Shown here: positions 18,765 to 26,126 of the stretch, in pieces
Layout of the letters: each line of letters opens with the position of its first letter
Position numbering within the stretch: the stretch's first letter is position 1
Origin: a virus
Taxonomy: Duplodnaviria > Caudoviricetes
Strand: one strand, 5' to 3'
DNA length: 26,126 bases
IMG/VR virus record: IMGVR_UViG_3300017750_000095
Location: 1-26,126 of that record
The notes under the pieces: generated by a model
Databases searched by the model: none
What the model was told of the DNA's origin: nothing
What the model saw: the letters and a program-made list of their open reading frames with translations, nothing else
Translations under genes and position numbers: made by a program

Positions 18765-21515
18765 CTTTCCTTGGTTATCCACGCCCGCATAGATTGCTAG
18801 TAATGTTTGTTCCAGTTGCTTTTGTGCTTCAGGATTAGCAAACATCTGTGCATGTAATGCAGCAATATTAGCATTGGATTGTGTTGTTGCTTTTTTACTT
18901 ACTGCACCACCATATAATCTAGTTTCTCTTGCAAGTGCGCTTTCAGCGTCACTGACTGTTCTAGATCCCGCTGCCCGCTTTGCTGCGGCAGCACCAGTCA
19001 GCATATCATTTTTTACACTGCTAAAAATGTCAGCACCTCCTGGTATGTTTGTTGTATTTTGCAGTACACCTTCAATCTGGGTAAATCCTTCACGCACTTT
19101 TGCAACAATTTCTGGGCTTGCATTATTACTTGCTGTAAGTTGTGCAAGTATTTGTTCTTTGCCATCTGTAAGTTTAATACCACCATTGTTAACTAGTGTT
19201 TGGTAATCCTCTGCTATAATTGATTGCTGTACACTTTCTTGTAGTCCCGCATTGCCAAGGAACTTGTTCAAACTGCTTGCACCGCCTTTGCCTGTCCAAA
19301 CGTTGGTATCTGATAGTTGGTCGTTAAATACTGCTTCTGGACGCACAAACCCTTGTTTTTGTAATTGACCTACGTTAACACCAAACTTTCCAACACTTTT
19401 TGTTACGCTGTCAACAAACTGGTTATTATTTAAACTTCCTGCTTGTTTTACCACTGCAGCGTTAAGTGCTTGTGTATCAAAACTATCCAGTGCGCCTATG
19501 CTAAACCCAGTATTAGTTTGCTGTACAATATCTGTTATAGGAAACTTGGATAATTGTGGACTACTAAGTATAGTGCCAAGTTGGTCCTGTGCTTGTGGTA
19601 ATACTTTGTTAAATTCGCTTAGTGCACCAGGCAATTTATTTTGAAATTCGCTTAGAGCACCTGGAAGTTTTGCTTGCATTTCGCCTGCCATGCCTGTAAT
19701 CTTTCCCTGAAAGTCTGTGGTAAAAGATCCCAAATCAGGACTAAGTCCACCAAATGCACTTGGGTTAACTGGCAAATTACTTACTATACTACCAATATTG
19801 CTTGGTATTAAGTTTCCTAGTGCGCCGCTTCCGGATAGTTGACCTAATATATTACCAGCACCGCCTCCAGTTACTTGACTTAATACATTACTTGCAAGAC
19901 CGCCAGGCAAAGCACCACCACCTATAAAACCTCCAAGAGCACCAGGTGATAATCCAAGACTTGCGCCTCCAGTGACTGATGCTAGGGCTGCTCCTGCTCC
20001 AATACTTATTGCTTGCTGAACTAGTTGTCCGCCTATTGCACTAGTAAGTGCTGGACTAACAATACCAAATCCACCTACAGGCCCGCCGCTTGCTCCTGCT
20101 AGTCCACCACTAAAAGGTGTACTAGTATTTGTTGTTCCATGACCTATAAATGGCTCGTGCATTGTAAGTCTATCAACACTGGTAGTAAGCATCTGTTCTT
20201 CATCAAGTATAAATTGATTCTGTGCTTCATCGTAGGTCGTATCTTCTTTTTGCCCAGCACTAATGTTTTTTGCTTGTTTTGCTTTTGTCTTTGGACCTTG
20301 TAGCAATACTAGACTACCTGCAACACTAATGTTACCACCTGCGTTGTAGAAACTTGCGCCTCCGCTCGATGCAAATAGTTCGCTATCTGTTGACAAGTGT
20401 AGATTCTTTTTGCCGTTTATGCCTAGTTCACCGTCACTTTGAACAGTAAGTTCTTGCTTGCCTTCCAGTGCGAGTTGTTGTTCACTTACTATTTGTGTGT
20501 AGCCTTTGCTGTGAAACTTTATGTTTTCATCAGCATGGAAGTTAAGATTTTTGCTGCGGAAATTTATACTATCCTGTGCATACACATCCATAGTACCCGT
20601 GTTGCTTAGTTCAATCCATGCACTGCCTATACTATTGCCTATATAGATAACACCCTCGGTGTCGTTAAGCAAAATTTGATGACCAGTACTGGTGCGAAAA
20701 CGTATCTGATTACTGTTACCATCAATATCGCCATCATCCAGCGTAATACTGTGTCCTTTACGTCTAGCATATGGTGCTAATAATCCCTCAACAATATCTT
20801 TACTTGCTGTGTCCGGATTTTTTACCGCTGCAGCATTTGCTGTGAGAAAATCCTGTCCATTGCCATCTATTCTACGTCCTTTACTGCTAATACCTATAAG
20901 TTCACTAGGTGATTCGCGCATGTATCCACTGTTGTTAATACCACGCACAGTATCACCAAGCAGTCCTTGTTGACGCAGATAATTCTGTGTAAAGAAATCC
21001 ACTGGTCTTGGTTGTTTTTTAAAGTTTGTTACTTTTTTACTGCTTTTGTCTCCTTTGGGATTATCATTAAACTCACCACCAGGATCGCCGTCCACTGTTA
21101 ATGTTGCTTCAGGCACAGTTTGTAACATAAACGTATCAGGCACACATGCAAAATAATAGCCTTCAGCATTGCGACCTTCTGGAAAGAAACACAGTACTTT
21201 TGTGCCTAGATCAGGAGGTGGGGTTACAATACCACTGCTCACTTTAGTACTGTAATAACTATCTTGAGGTCCTTGGTTGTCTACTCTACTGTAAAAAGGC
21301 GTGCAATAACGCACAGTACGCCACTGTGACTTATCAGCAGGATTTGTGCTGAACGTTGGTATAAACACTTGAATAACGCCCATGTGTGCGCCATGTACAT
21401 TTGCTTTAACAATACCTGTAACAATACCACGTTCTTCTCGAACACCAGTTATGTTTGCGGTATTATATTGAGGATCACCGCCTCGTTTTCCTGTTCTTGT
21501 AATATCTGTAGCCAT
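18762..21515 (-). CDS. gp5: Baseplate central spike, gp5/VgrG-like, with long C-terminal extension (917 aa)
   Basis: It has an N-terminal OB-fold-like region (GIVKANVHGAHMGVIQVFIP..PPDLGTKVLCFF) and beta-helix entry motifs (GHSITLDDG..QIRFRTSTGHQILLND..GSAWIELSNTG) followed by about 8-residue beta-helix repeats. It sits between the hub and gp25. Confidence 0.85.
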   Translation of the reverse strand: MATDITRTGKRGGDPQYNTANITGVREERGIVTGIVKANVHGAHMGVIQVFIPTFSTNPADKSQWRTVRYCTPFYSRVDNQGPQDSYYSTKVSSGIVTPPPDLGTKVLCFFPEGRNAEGYYFACVPDTFMLQTVPEATLTVDGDPGGEFNDNPKGDKSSKKVTNFKKQPRPVDFFTQNYLRQQGLLGDTVRGINNSGYMRESPSELIGISSKGRRIDGNGQDFLTANAAAVKNPDTASKDIVEGLLAPYARRKGHSITLDDGDIDGNSNQIRFRTSTGHQILLNDTEGVIYIGNSIGSAWIELSNTGTMDVYAQDSINFRSKNLNFHADENIKFHSKGYTQIVSEQQLALEGKQELTVQSDGELGINGKKNLHLSTDSELFASSGGASFYNAGGNISVAGSLVLLQGPKTKAKQAKNISAGQKEDTTYDEAQNQFILDEEQMLTTSVDRLTMHEPFIGHGTTNTSTPFSGGLAGASGGPVGGFGIVSPALTSAIGGQLVQQAISIGAGAALASVTGGASLGLSPGALGGFIGGGALPGGLASNVLSQVTGGGAGNILGQLSGSGALGNLIPSNIGSIVSNLPVNPSAFGGLSPDLGSFTTDFQGKITGMAGEMQAKLPGALSEFQNKLPGALSEFNKVLPQAQDQLGTILSSPQLSKFPITDIVQQTNTGFSIGALDSFDTQALNAAVVKQAGSLNNNQFVDSVTKSVGKFGVNVGQLQKQGFVRPEAVFNDQLSDTNVWTGKGGASSLNKFLGNAGLQESVQQSIIAEDYQTLVNNGGIKLTDGKEQILAQLTASNNASPEIVAKVREGFTQIEGVLQNTTNIPGGADIFSSVKNDMLTGAAAAKRAAGSRTVSDAESALARETRLYGGAVSKKATTQSNANIAALHAQMFANPEAQKQLEQTLLAIYAGVDNQGK
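19611..19676 (-). repeat. 33-bp (11-aa) imperfect tandem duplication in the spike gene (QxKLPGALSEF x2)
   Basis: aaattcgcttagtgcaccaggcaatttattttg is followed directly by aaattcgcttagagcacctggaagttttgcttg. Confidence 0.85.
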
Positions 21516-21518
21516 TGA

Positions 21519-24251
21519 TTATACTGTCCCAATATATCTGGTTGCCCATGCTTCACTTTGAGTTGCTGGGTTATCTTGAAATGTTTCTATACTTTGATCT
21601 TCGCCTCTTGCTATTTCGGCTGTTCTTTCATTGTTTACAGTAGGACTTGTATAAGGGGTATCCTCATAGTCAAAAAAGTCTAGGCTGCTTGTATCCACTA
21701 GCGGGTTTACTACTGTTGCGCCACCTGCATCAGTGCTGGGTTTGTTGCCACTGCGTCTAACACGGTTATTAATCTCAAAGTCGCCATCTTCTACTTCATC
21801 ACTAGCACGGACTGTGGCTGCTTGAACTCCTGTTTTTGTTAAACCACCTCGACTAGGTTGCAATTTAGCTCTGAATCCTTCAAGTCTTTGTTGGAATACA
21901 CCGCCACTGAAAGTGCTGTCAACACTTGTAACTTGATATACTCCACTAAAACTACTGTTGCCATATCTACTAGGATTTGCAAGACCACTTGTTTCATCAT
22001 AGTCCACTGGTGTTCTAAGATTAACTTGAATATAGGGAGGTGTCAAGTTATAATTTATAGTTCCGTCAGGCATAAATGGTTCTGTATATTGTTCTCCTTG
22101 ACGAACTTTATCTTGCCAGTATGCATCGCTGGTGGGAATAAAGGCAGGATCACCAACAATTTGCAATCCAAGATCAATCATATCAACACCATCACTCATA
22201 ACACTACTAAACAAGTCCTTTGATCTTGCACGTTTAACATTATCCTGACTGTTTATTGAATTACCCTCTACACTTTGTGGAAGTTCTTTTACCATAGTAC
22301 CTCCCAGTGTTTCATCTGCAGTGTTAATACCAAAAGGTTTTCCTGTGCCTGCAGTCATTACTTGAATGAACGCAGTTCTAAACTTCATATCAAAATCTAA
22401 TACTTCTGTGTTTGCACCGCTAAAAATGTAATCATATTCTTTGTGTACACCTATACCTGTAGGTTTACTTTTTTTAGCCCAAGGAAAATCCTCATAATAA
22501 ACTTTATTTGGTTCCACAGCAAAATTAACAAGATACTTGTATCTTCCATCTTTATTATCCATGCCGCCACCAGGACTATCTGCACTTTCAATAATAGGTC
22601 TTACTTTAAACCAGTCTATTCCACTACTGTCATTTACATCAGGACTTGGATTATCTACAATATTTTTATCCATGTAGTCACTGTGTAGTATTACAAGATT
22701 TAGCAGTTTTGTAATATCTGTACCTGCGTTTATCTTAAATGTTTGTGTATCCTTATCAAGCGTAATGCCCTGTGCAATACCTCTTACATATGCATCAAAC
22801 TGTTTTTTATCGCCTTTGCTTTTTTCTTTTTCTTTGCCTTCTTCTGTGGGCGCAGGAGTATTAAGTGCATCATATAGATCAGTTAAATTAAGTTTGGCAT
22901 TTGCTATATTTGCTGCAATAGTAAACTTGTAGGTATCATGTTTTTCTGCTGCTGGTGGAATCTCTTTTTCAGAAACTTCATTATTTTTTTCTACTAGTGC
23001 TTTGGATGGTTTTGTACGTTTACGTTGATGGTTAGTAAGCACTTCACCTAGATTTGCTGATTTTGTTTTTACTTTTTTCTTCACAACCCTTTCTCGGGTA
23101 GTAGTCTCTTGAGCTCTTATTCTTACAGTTTCAGTTGCCTGCACTGTCTCTTCAACCATAACACCAGCACTAAAAATGTCACCTACTGTTGTTGCTTTAA
23201 GTTCTACGTTAAAGGGTATAGTACTCATTATACTACCCATTGCATGATTAGCAAATGGAATCGCCTGACATTTATACTGAGTGCCGCTGCTAGTGACGTC
23301 AAAACTCATATCAGTCAACCTAATAGGAATATACTTTGGTGTGCTAGGTGCTCCCATGGGTTCGCCATTTTCATCAAACCCTTTAAATTTTATTTCCAAT
23401 AGATAAGGAGCATGTATGTACTTTTCCCTAGTGCTTGCTAGTACACCACTTGCTGCACGTTGTAGTCTTTCCAACAGTGTAACACCACGTGGTTCTGTAA
23501 TAGTAAAACGTATATCAGTTGCGTTTGTGTTTGACTTAAATCTACTTGGACCAACAGCAACATTAGAGATTTCTAAATCATCAATAAAGAAATCATTACT
23601 AAAATCAGTGCCGCCTCCCTCTGTGCCAACTCCGCCACTGCGCATAAGCAAATAACTAGCAGGTGGACTAAGTGCAGCCTGTGGAGTTCTAGGTTGACTA
23701 AGAATGTTTACATAACTTTTGCTATTCATCAAATAAAGTGCAATATTGTATGTGTAACTTGTAAATTTATTAAGTTCGTTTGTTACGGGATTAATTTGTA
23801 TCTTACTTAAATCCTGCGTAAACGGGCCATTGTTTAGTGCCTTGACGCTGCTACTCTGACCAATTTTTGTTCGTATCCTTGCACTTTCATTTAGACCAAT
23901 TGGAGGACCTGTGTCACTGCCGTCTGTGGTAGCAAGGAAATTAGTATATTTTCCATCATCATACTCATCATCCATGCCATAGACTTCTTCGGGTGCTATT
24001 GCATTAGTAACAGGGCCGAATCCTGCCTCAGCACGATCTGAACTGGTTCGGGGGGTTCTGCCTGGTGTAACTTGTACTCTTACTAAATTTCCAGCAGCGT
24101 CTTGTATAACGTCAACATCTCCCGGCGCCACTGCAGGCACAGTAAGTGGTTCTTCTACTGAGATCGTAGGATTCTGTTGAGGAGGCTCATAAAGTGAAAA
24201 GTCCTCTGGTGCTGGATTGTTTAACTTGTTTTTATAGTGCGGACTAGGCAT
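21519..24251 (-). CDS. Putative baseplate hub protein (gp27/GpD-like), 910 aa
   Basis: It lies between the LysM gp53-like gene and the spike. The C-terminal core LQIVGDP...FSGVYQVTSVDSTFSGGVFQQRLEG resembles the final beta-barrel strands of gp27/GpD/VgrG-head proteins. Both termini are low-complexity. Confidence 0.65.
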   Translation of the reverse strand: MPSPHYKNKLNNPAPEDFSLYEPPQQNPTISVEEPLTVPAVAPGDVDVIQDAAGNLVRVQVTPGRTPRTSSDRAEAGFGPVTNAIAPEEVYGMDDEYDDGKYTNFLATTDGSDTGPPIGLNESARIRTKIGQSSSVKALNNGPFTQDLSKIQINPVTNELNKFTSYTYNIALYLMNSKSYVNILSQPRTPQAALSPPASYLLMRSGGVGTEGGGTDFSNDFFIDDLEISNVAVGPSRFKSNTNATDIRFTITEPRGVTLLERLQRAASGVLASTREKYIHAPYLLEIKFKGFDENGEPMGAPSTPKYIPIRLTDMSFDVTSSGTQYKCQAIPFANHAMGSIMSTIPFNVELKATTVGDIFSAGVMVEETVQATETVRIRAQETTTRERVVKKKVKTKSANLGEVLTNHQRKRTKPSKALVEKNNEVSEKEIPPAAEKHDTYKFTIAANIANAKLNLTDLYDALNTPAPTEEGKEKEKSKGDKKQFDAYVRGIAQGITLDKDTQTFKINAGTDITKLLNLVILHSDYMDKNIVDNPSPDVNDSSGIDWFKVRPIIESADSPGGGMDNKDGRYKYLVNFAVEPNKVYYEDFPWAKKSKPTGIGVHKEYDYIFSGANTEVLDFDMKFRTAFIQVMTAGTGKPFGINTADETLGGTMVKELPQSVEGNSINSQDNVKRARSKDLFSSVMSDGVDMIDLGLQIVGDPAFIPTSDAYWQDKVRQGEQYTEPFMPDGTINYNLTPPYIQVNLRTPVDYDETSGLANPSRYGNSSFSGVYQVTSVDSTFSGGVFQQRLEGFRAKLQPSRGGLTKTGVQAATVRASDEVEDGDFEINNRVRRSGNKPSTDAGGATVVNPLVDTSSLDFFDYEDTPYTSPTVNNERTAEIARGEDQSIETFQDNPATQSEAWATRYIGTV

Positions 24252-24252
24252 A

Positions 24253-24552
24253 TTAGATTCCTAATGCTGTTTCGACTGTATCCTTTTTGGGAATGTAAAA
24301 CTTCTTTCCTGCACGAAAATCCCAGACAGGATCTTCAAATGCATTTGGATTACGAGCCATAAACACCCACCATAGATTACTATTGCCATACAAGTCAAAA
24401 GCAAGTAGGTCAGGTCTGTTTTGATGCACTAGTGTAAGTGTATGTAGTACATCGTCTCTGAAAGGAGGAATACGTCGTGGACTAAGCACATCCAAGTAGT
24501 AACTGTATTGATTGGTATTAGCATAGGGACTATCACTATTGTATTCAGCCAT
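24253..24552 (-). CDS. gp53: Baseplate wedge LysM-domain protein, gp53-like (99 aa)
   Basis: RPDLLAFDLYGNSNLWWVFMARN..G.KFYIP is the gp53/LysM baseplate motif. The ATG overlaps the upstream stop (TAATG at 24552). Confidence 0.88.
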   Translation of the reverse strand: MAEYNSDSPYANTNQYSYYLDVLSPRRIPPFRDDVLHTLTLVHQNRPDLLAFDLYGNSNLWWVFMARNPNAFEDPVWDFRAGKKFYIPKKDTVETALGI

Positions 24553-25394
24553 TAAATAAATCCTCCACCTTTGCCTGGATTACCAATTAGTCCGCCTTTA
24601 CTAAACTTATCCAAACTAAAGTTTCCAATTTGATTTTTACTGTAGATAGGCAATAGACTGATTGTCATATTCATATAACTTGGTATCATAGTTTTAGTTG
24701 CAGTATCAGGACTGCTTGCAAGAGGAACTTCAATATAGTCTCTGTCTGCTGGCATAATTTCTGTAAAGTTTGTAATTACAACAGGTATACTGTTGTAGTT
24801 AAACGGACCATATCCACTTAGTCTTAGAACTGGTGGCGGTGTGCCTCGTAACTGATCTGCTCCGTAGAACATTTTATAGGCACTGCGGAAAAAATGTAGT
24901 ACAGCGAAAACATAACGTGCTTCATCTGCGTTAGTTGCTGTAAAATATCCATCAATATTAATTGTATCCACGCTACTAGCATTGTAACTGTGTTGAATAT
25001 AGTTACTGTGTGTTGGATGCGCTCCTGCGTATTGCGCACTGTGACTAACACTTACTGTGGGTGTGTAGGGAAAAAGCACGCCATCTGTGTCAAGCAGTGG
25101 CTCCAGCAATTTATTTTTTGCGTCTTTATACAAGTAATTTCCACTACTAGGACTCATACTAAGTCTAACACGGATATCACCGTCTCTGAACACAGTAGCA
25201 GCAACGTCACTAAATCCAGGAATGTTCGCACCTGCAAAGTTTAATCCTGCTTGGATAAGTCTATTACCACTGCTATCTAATAGATTGCGACCAATTTTAC
25301 TAAGTGGGTCATTACCCGGAAGTGCCCTTCCACTAGCATCACTCACAAATTGCTGTGCTTTTCGCTGGAAGATACTACCTAAATTAAACGCCAT
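24552..25394 (-). CDS. Tail tube initiator / baseplate-tube junction protein (gp48/gp54-like), 280 aa
   Basis: FPYTPTVSVSHSAQY and GTPPPVLRLSGYG..IPVVITNF..P..MNMTISL resemble tube-fold initiator proteins. It is the first gene of the operon, with an AAGGA SD at 25407-25403. Confidence 0.65.
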   Translation of the reverse strand: MAFNLGSIFQRKAQQFVSDASGRALPGNDPLSKIGRNLLDSSGNRLIQAGLNFAGANIPGFSDVAATVFRDGDIRVRLSMSPSSGNYLYKDAKNKLLEPLLDTDGVLFPYTPTVSVSHSAQYAGAHPTHSNYIQHSYNASSVDTINIDGYFTATNADEARYVFAVLHFFRSAYKMFYGADQLRGTPPPVLRLSGYGPFNYNSIPVVITNFTEIMPADRDYIEVPLASSPDTATKTMIPSYMNMTISLLPIYSKNQIGNFSLDKFSKGGLIGNPGKGGGFI

Positions 25395-25417
25395 TTATCA
25401 AATCCTTGTTTTTTTAC

Positions 25418-25446
25418 TTGATAAGTATATTTATAGGCTGTATAAT
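25418..25446 (+). promoter_or_regulatory. Sigma70-type promoter TTGATA-N17-TATAAT for the gp55-like gene
   Basis: The -35 element TTGATA is at 25418-25423 (5/6 match), the spacer is exactly 17 bp, and a perfect TATAAT is at 25441-25446. An AAGGA SD and the ATG at 25474 lie downstream. Confidence 0.8.
25428..25435 (-). promoter_or_regulatory. T4-type late promoter TATAAATA (perfect consensus) driving the baseplate operon
   Basis: Plus-strand TATTTATA at 25428-25435 lies 33 nt upstream of the ATG at 25394. Confidence 0.85.
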
Positions 25447-25473
25447 ATACGCATATAAAAGGAATCACATTAC

Positions 25474-26126
25474 ATGATCAAAAGGAAAAAATATCTCAAC
25501 AACCGAGATTTGTTGAAAGAAATCCACCTAAGTAAAAATACATATAGTAGTTTTGTTAATGAAAATGATGATGTTTATGACATTATCTTACCCAACGTAG
25601 AGAAAATTAACATTCGTACTATTGCACAAGCCAAGCGTAATCAAGCAGATAGATTACAAAAGAAAGCATATGAAGCAGCTCGTGCAGAAGGACAAAAAGT
25701 AAAGCAAGCAGACTTTGCTGTTGATTGGAAGAAAATTGACAAGCAGGATGTTGTTTTTCGCATTATGACGCATGACCATATTCCACTGCATCCAGGTCGC
25801 AAAAAGTCACCAAAGACTGTGGCAGACCATCATGTACAGTGTAACTTCCCTCCTTTTCAACACTTTAGGTTGGATGAGTCTGACGTTGCAGTATGCGTTG
25901 GCAAAAGTCACTGGGACGGCGGACTAGAAAACGGAAACTTTAGTAAAGCACATGGCAAGACTACTAATAAACTTGCCCGCATGTATATGAAATTGTGCGA
26001 ACGCTATGGCACTAGAAGTAACTGGCGTGGCTATACATACAATGACGAGATGCGTAGTCAAGCACTGCTACAACTTGCACAGATTGGCTTACAGTTTGAT
26101 GAAAGCAAAAGTGAAAATCCATTTGC
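25474..26126 (+). CDS. gp55: Late-transcription sigma factor, T4 gp55-like (partial, runs off the right edge)
   Basis: Manual translation is open for 217 codons to the edge: MIKRKKYLNNRDLLKEIHLSK ... LARMYMKLCERYGTRSNWRGYTYNDEMRSQALLQLAQIGLQFDESKSENPF. This matches the gp55 motifs YxNNxxLL, NxxGYT..EM and FDxxKxxNP. Confidence 0.9.
   Translation, partial: MIKRKKYLNNRDLLKEIHLSKNTYSSFVNENDDVYDIILPNVEKINIRTIAQAKRNQADRLQKKAYEAARAEGQKVKQADFAVDWKKIDKQDVVFRIMTHDHIPLHPGRKKSPKTVADHHVQCNFPPFQHFRLDESDVAVCVGKSHWDGGLENGNFSKAHGKTTNKLARMYMKLCERYGTRSNWRGYTYNDEMRSQALLQLAQIGLQFDESKSENPF

Noticed and set aside
18755-18790. Longer gp25 start at 18790 given by the ORF track
   Set aside because: It overlaps the gp5 3' end and adds 12 residues before the family-like N-terminus. 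The ATG at 18754 fits better.
6218-25051. Short same-strand alternative-frame ORFs (6218-6403, 6440-6625, 8612-8800, 9941-10147, 10631-10900, 24824-25051)
   Set aside because: They are nested out of frame within intact genes, are of chance length, and show no motif or frameshift signal that I could identify.
1287-25394. Stop-codon reassignment, inteins, introns or DGR target repeats, all plausible in large phages
   Set aside because: All genes are intact in the standard code and end in TAA or TGA. I saw no intein or homing-endonuclease motifs, reverse transcriptase or adenine-variable repeat pair. TAG is not used as a stop here, but seven stops are too few to infer anything.
1287-25394. Bacterial eCIS/T6SS/tailocin locus rather than a phage
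   Set aside because: The adjacent gp55-like sigma factor, TATAAATA-type promoters and T4-style gp6/gp53/gp25 motifs point to a lytic T4-like phage.
18-25458. Numerous 60-140 aa plus-strand ORFs in the track (e.g. 372-746, 6270-6692, 10957-11361, 18384-18800, 18874-19206)
   Set aside because: They are antisense shadows of long minus-strand genes. Many rely on alternative starts, their translations are hydrophobic or Cys-rich with no recognisable motif, and codon bias on the coding strand explains the open frames.

Overview
This AT-rich window comes from a large T4-like (gp55-encoding, probably jumbo) myovirus genome. Almost all of it is one tightly packed minus-strand late operon for a contractile-tail baseplate. 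In transcription order it encodes a tube-initiator/gp48-gp54-like protein (280 aa), a LysM gp53-like protein (99 aa), a gp27-like hub (910 aa), a gp5/VgrG-like spike with a long C-terminal extension (917 aa), gp25, an enlarged gp6 (1205 aa, poly-Ser tail) and a 4472-aa giant wedge/adhesin protein. A tail-fibre-like gene follows and runs off the left edge; the ORF track omits it. A gp55-like late sigma factor with a large insertion starts divergently at 25474 and runs off the right edge, also missing from the track. Four (TA)TAAATA late-promoter motifs precede minus-strand genes. The perfect TATAAATA copy lies inside the 17-bp spacer of the sigma70-type promoter of the gp55 gene itself, suggesting a compact self-limiting early-to-late switch. 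All family assignments come from motif recognition and gene order, not database searches. I found no RNA genes, CRISPR arrays, mobile elements or evidence of recoding.
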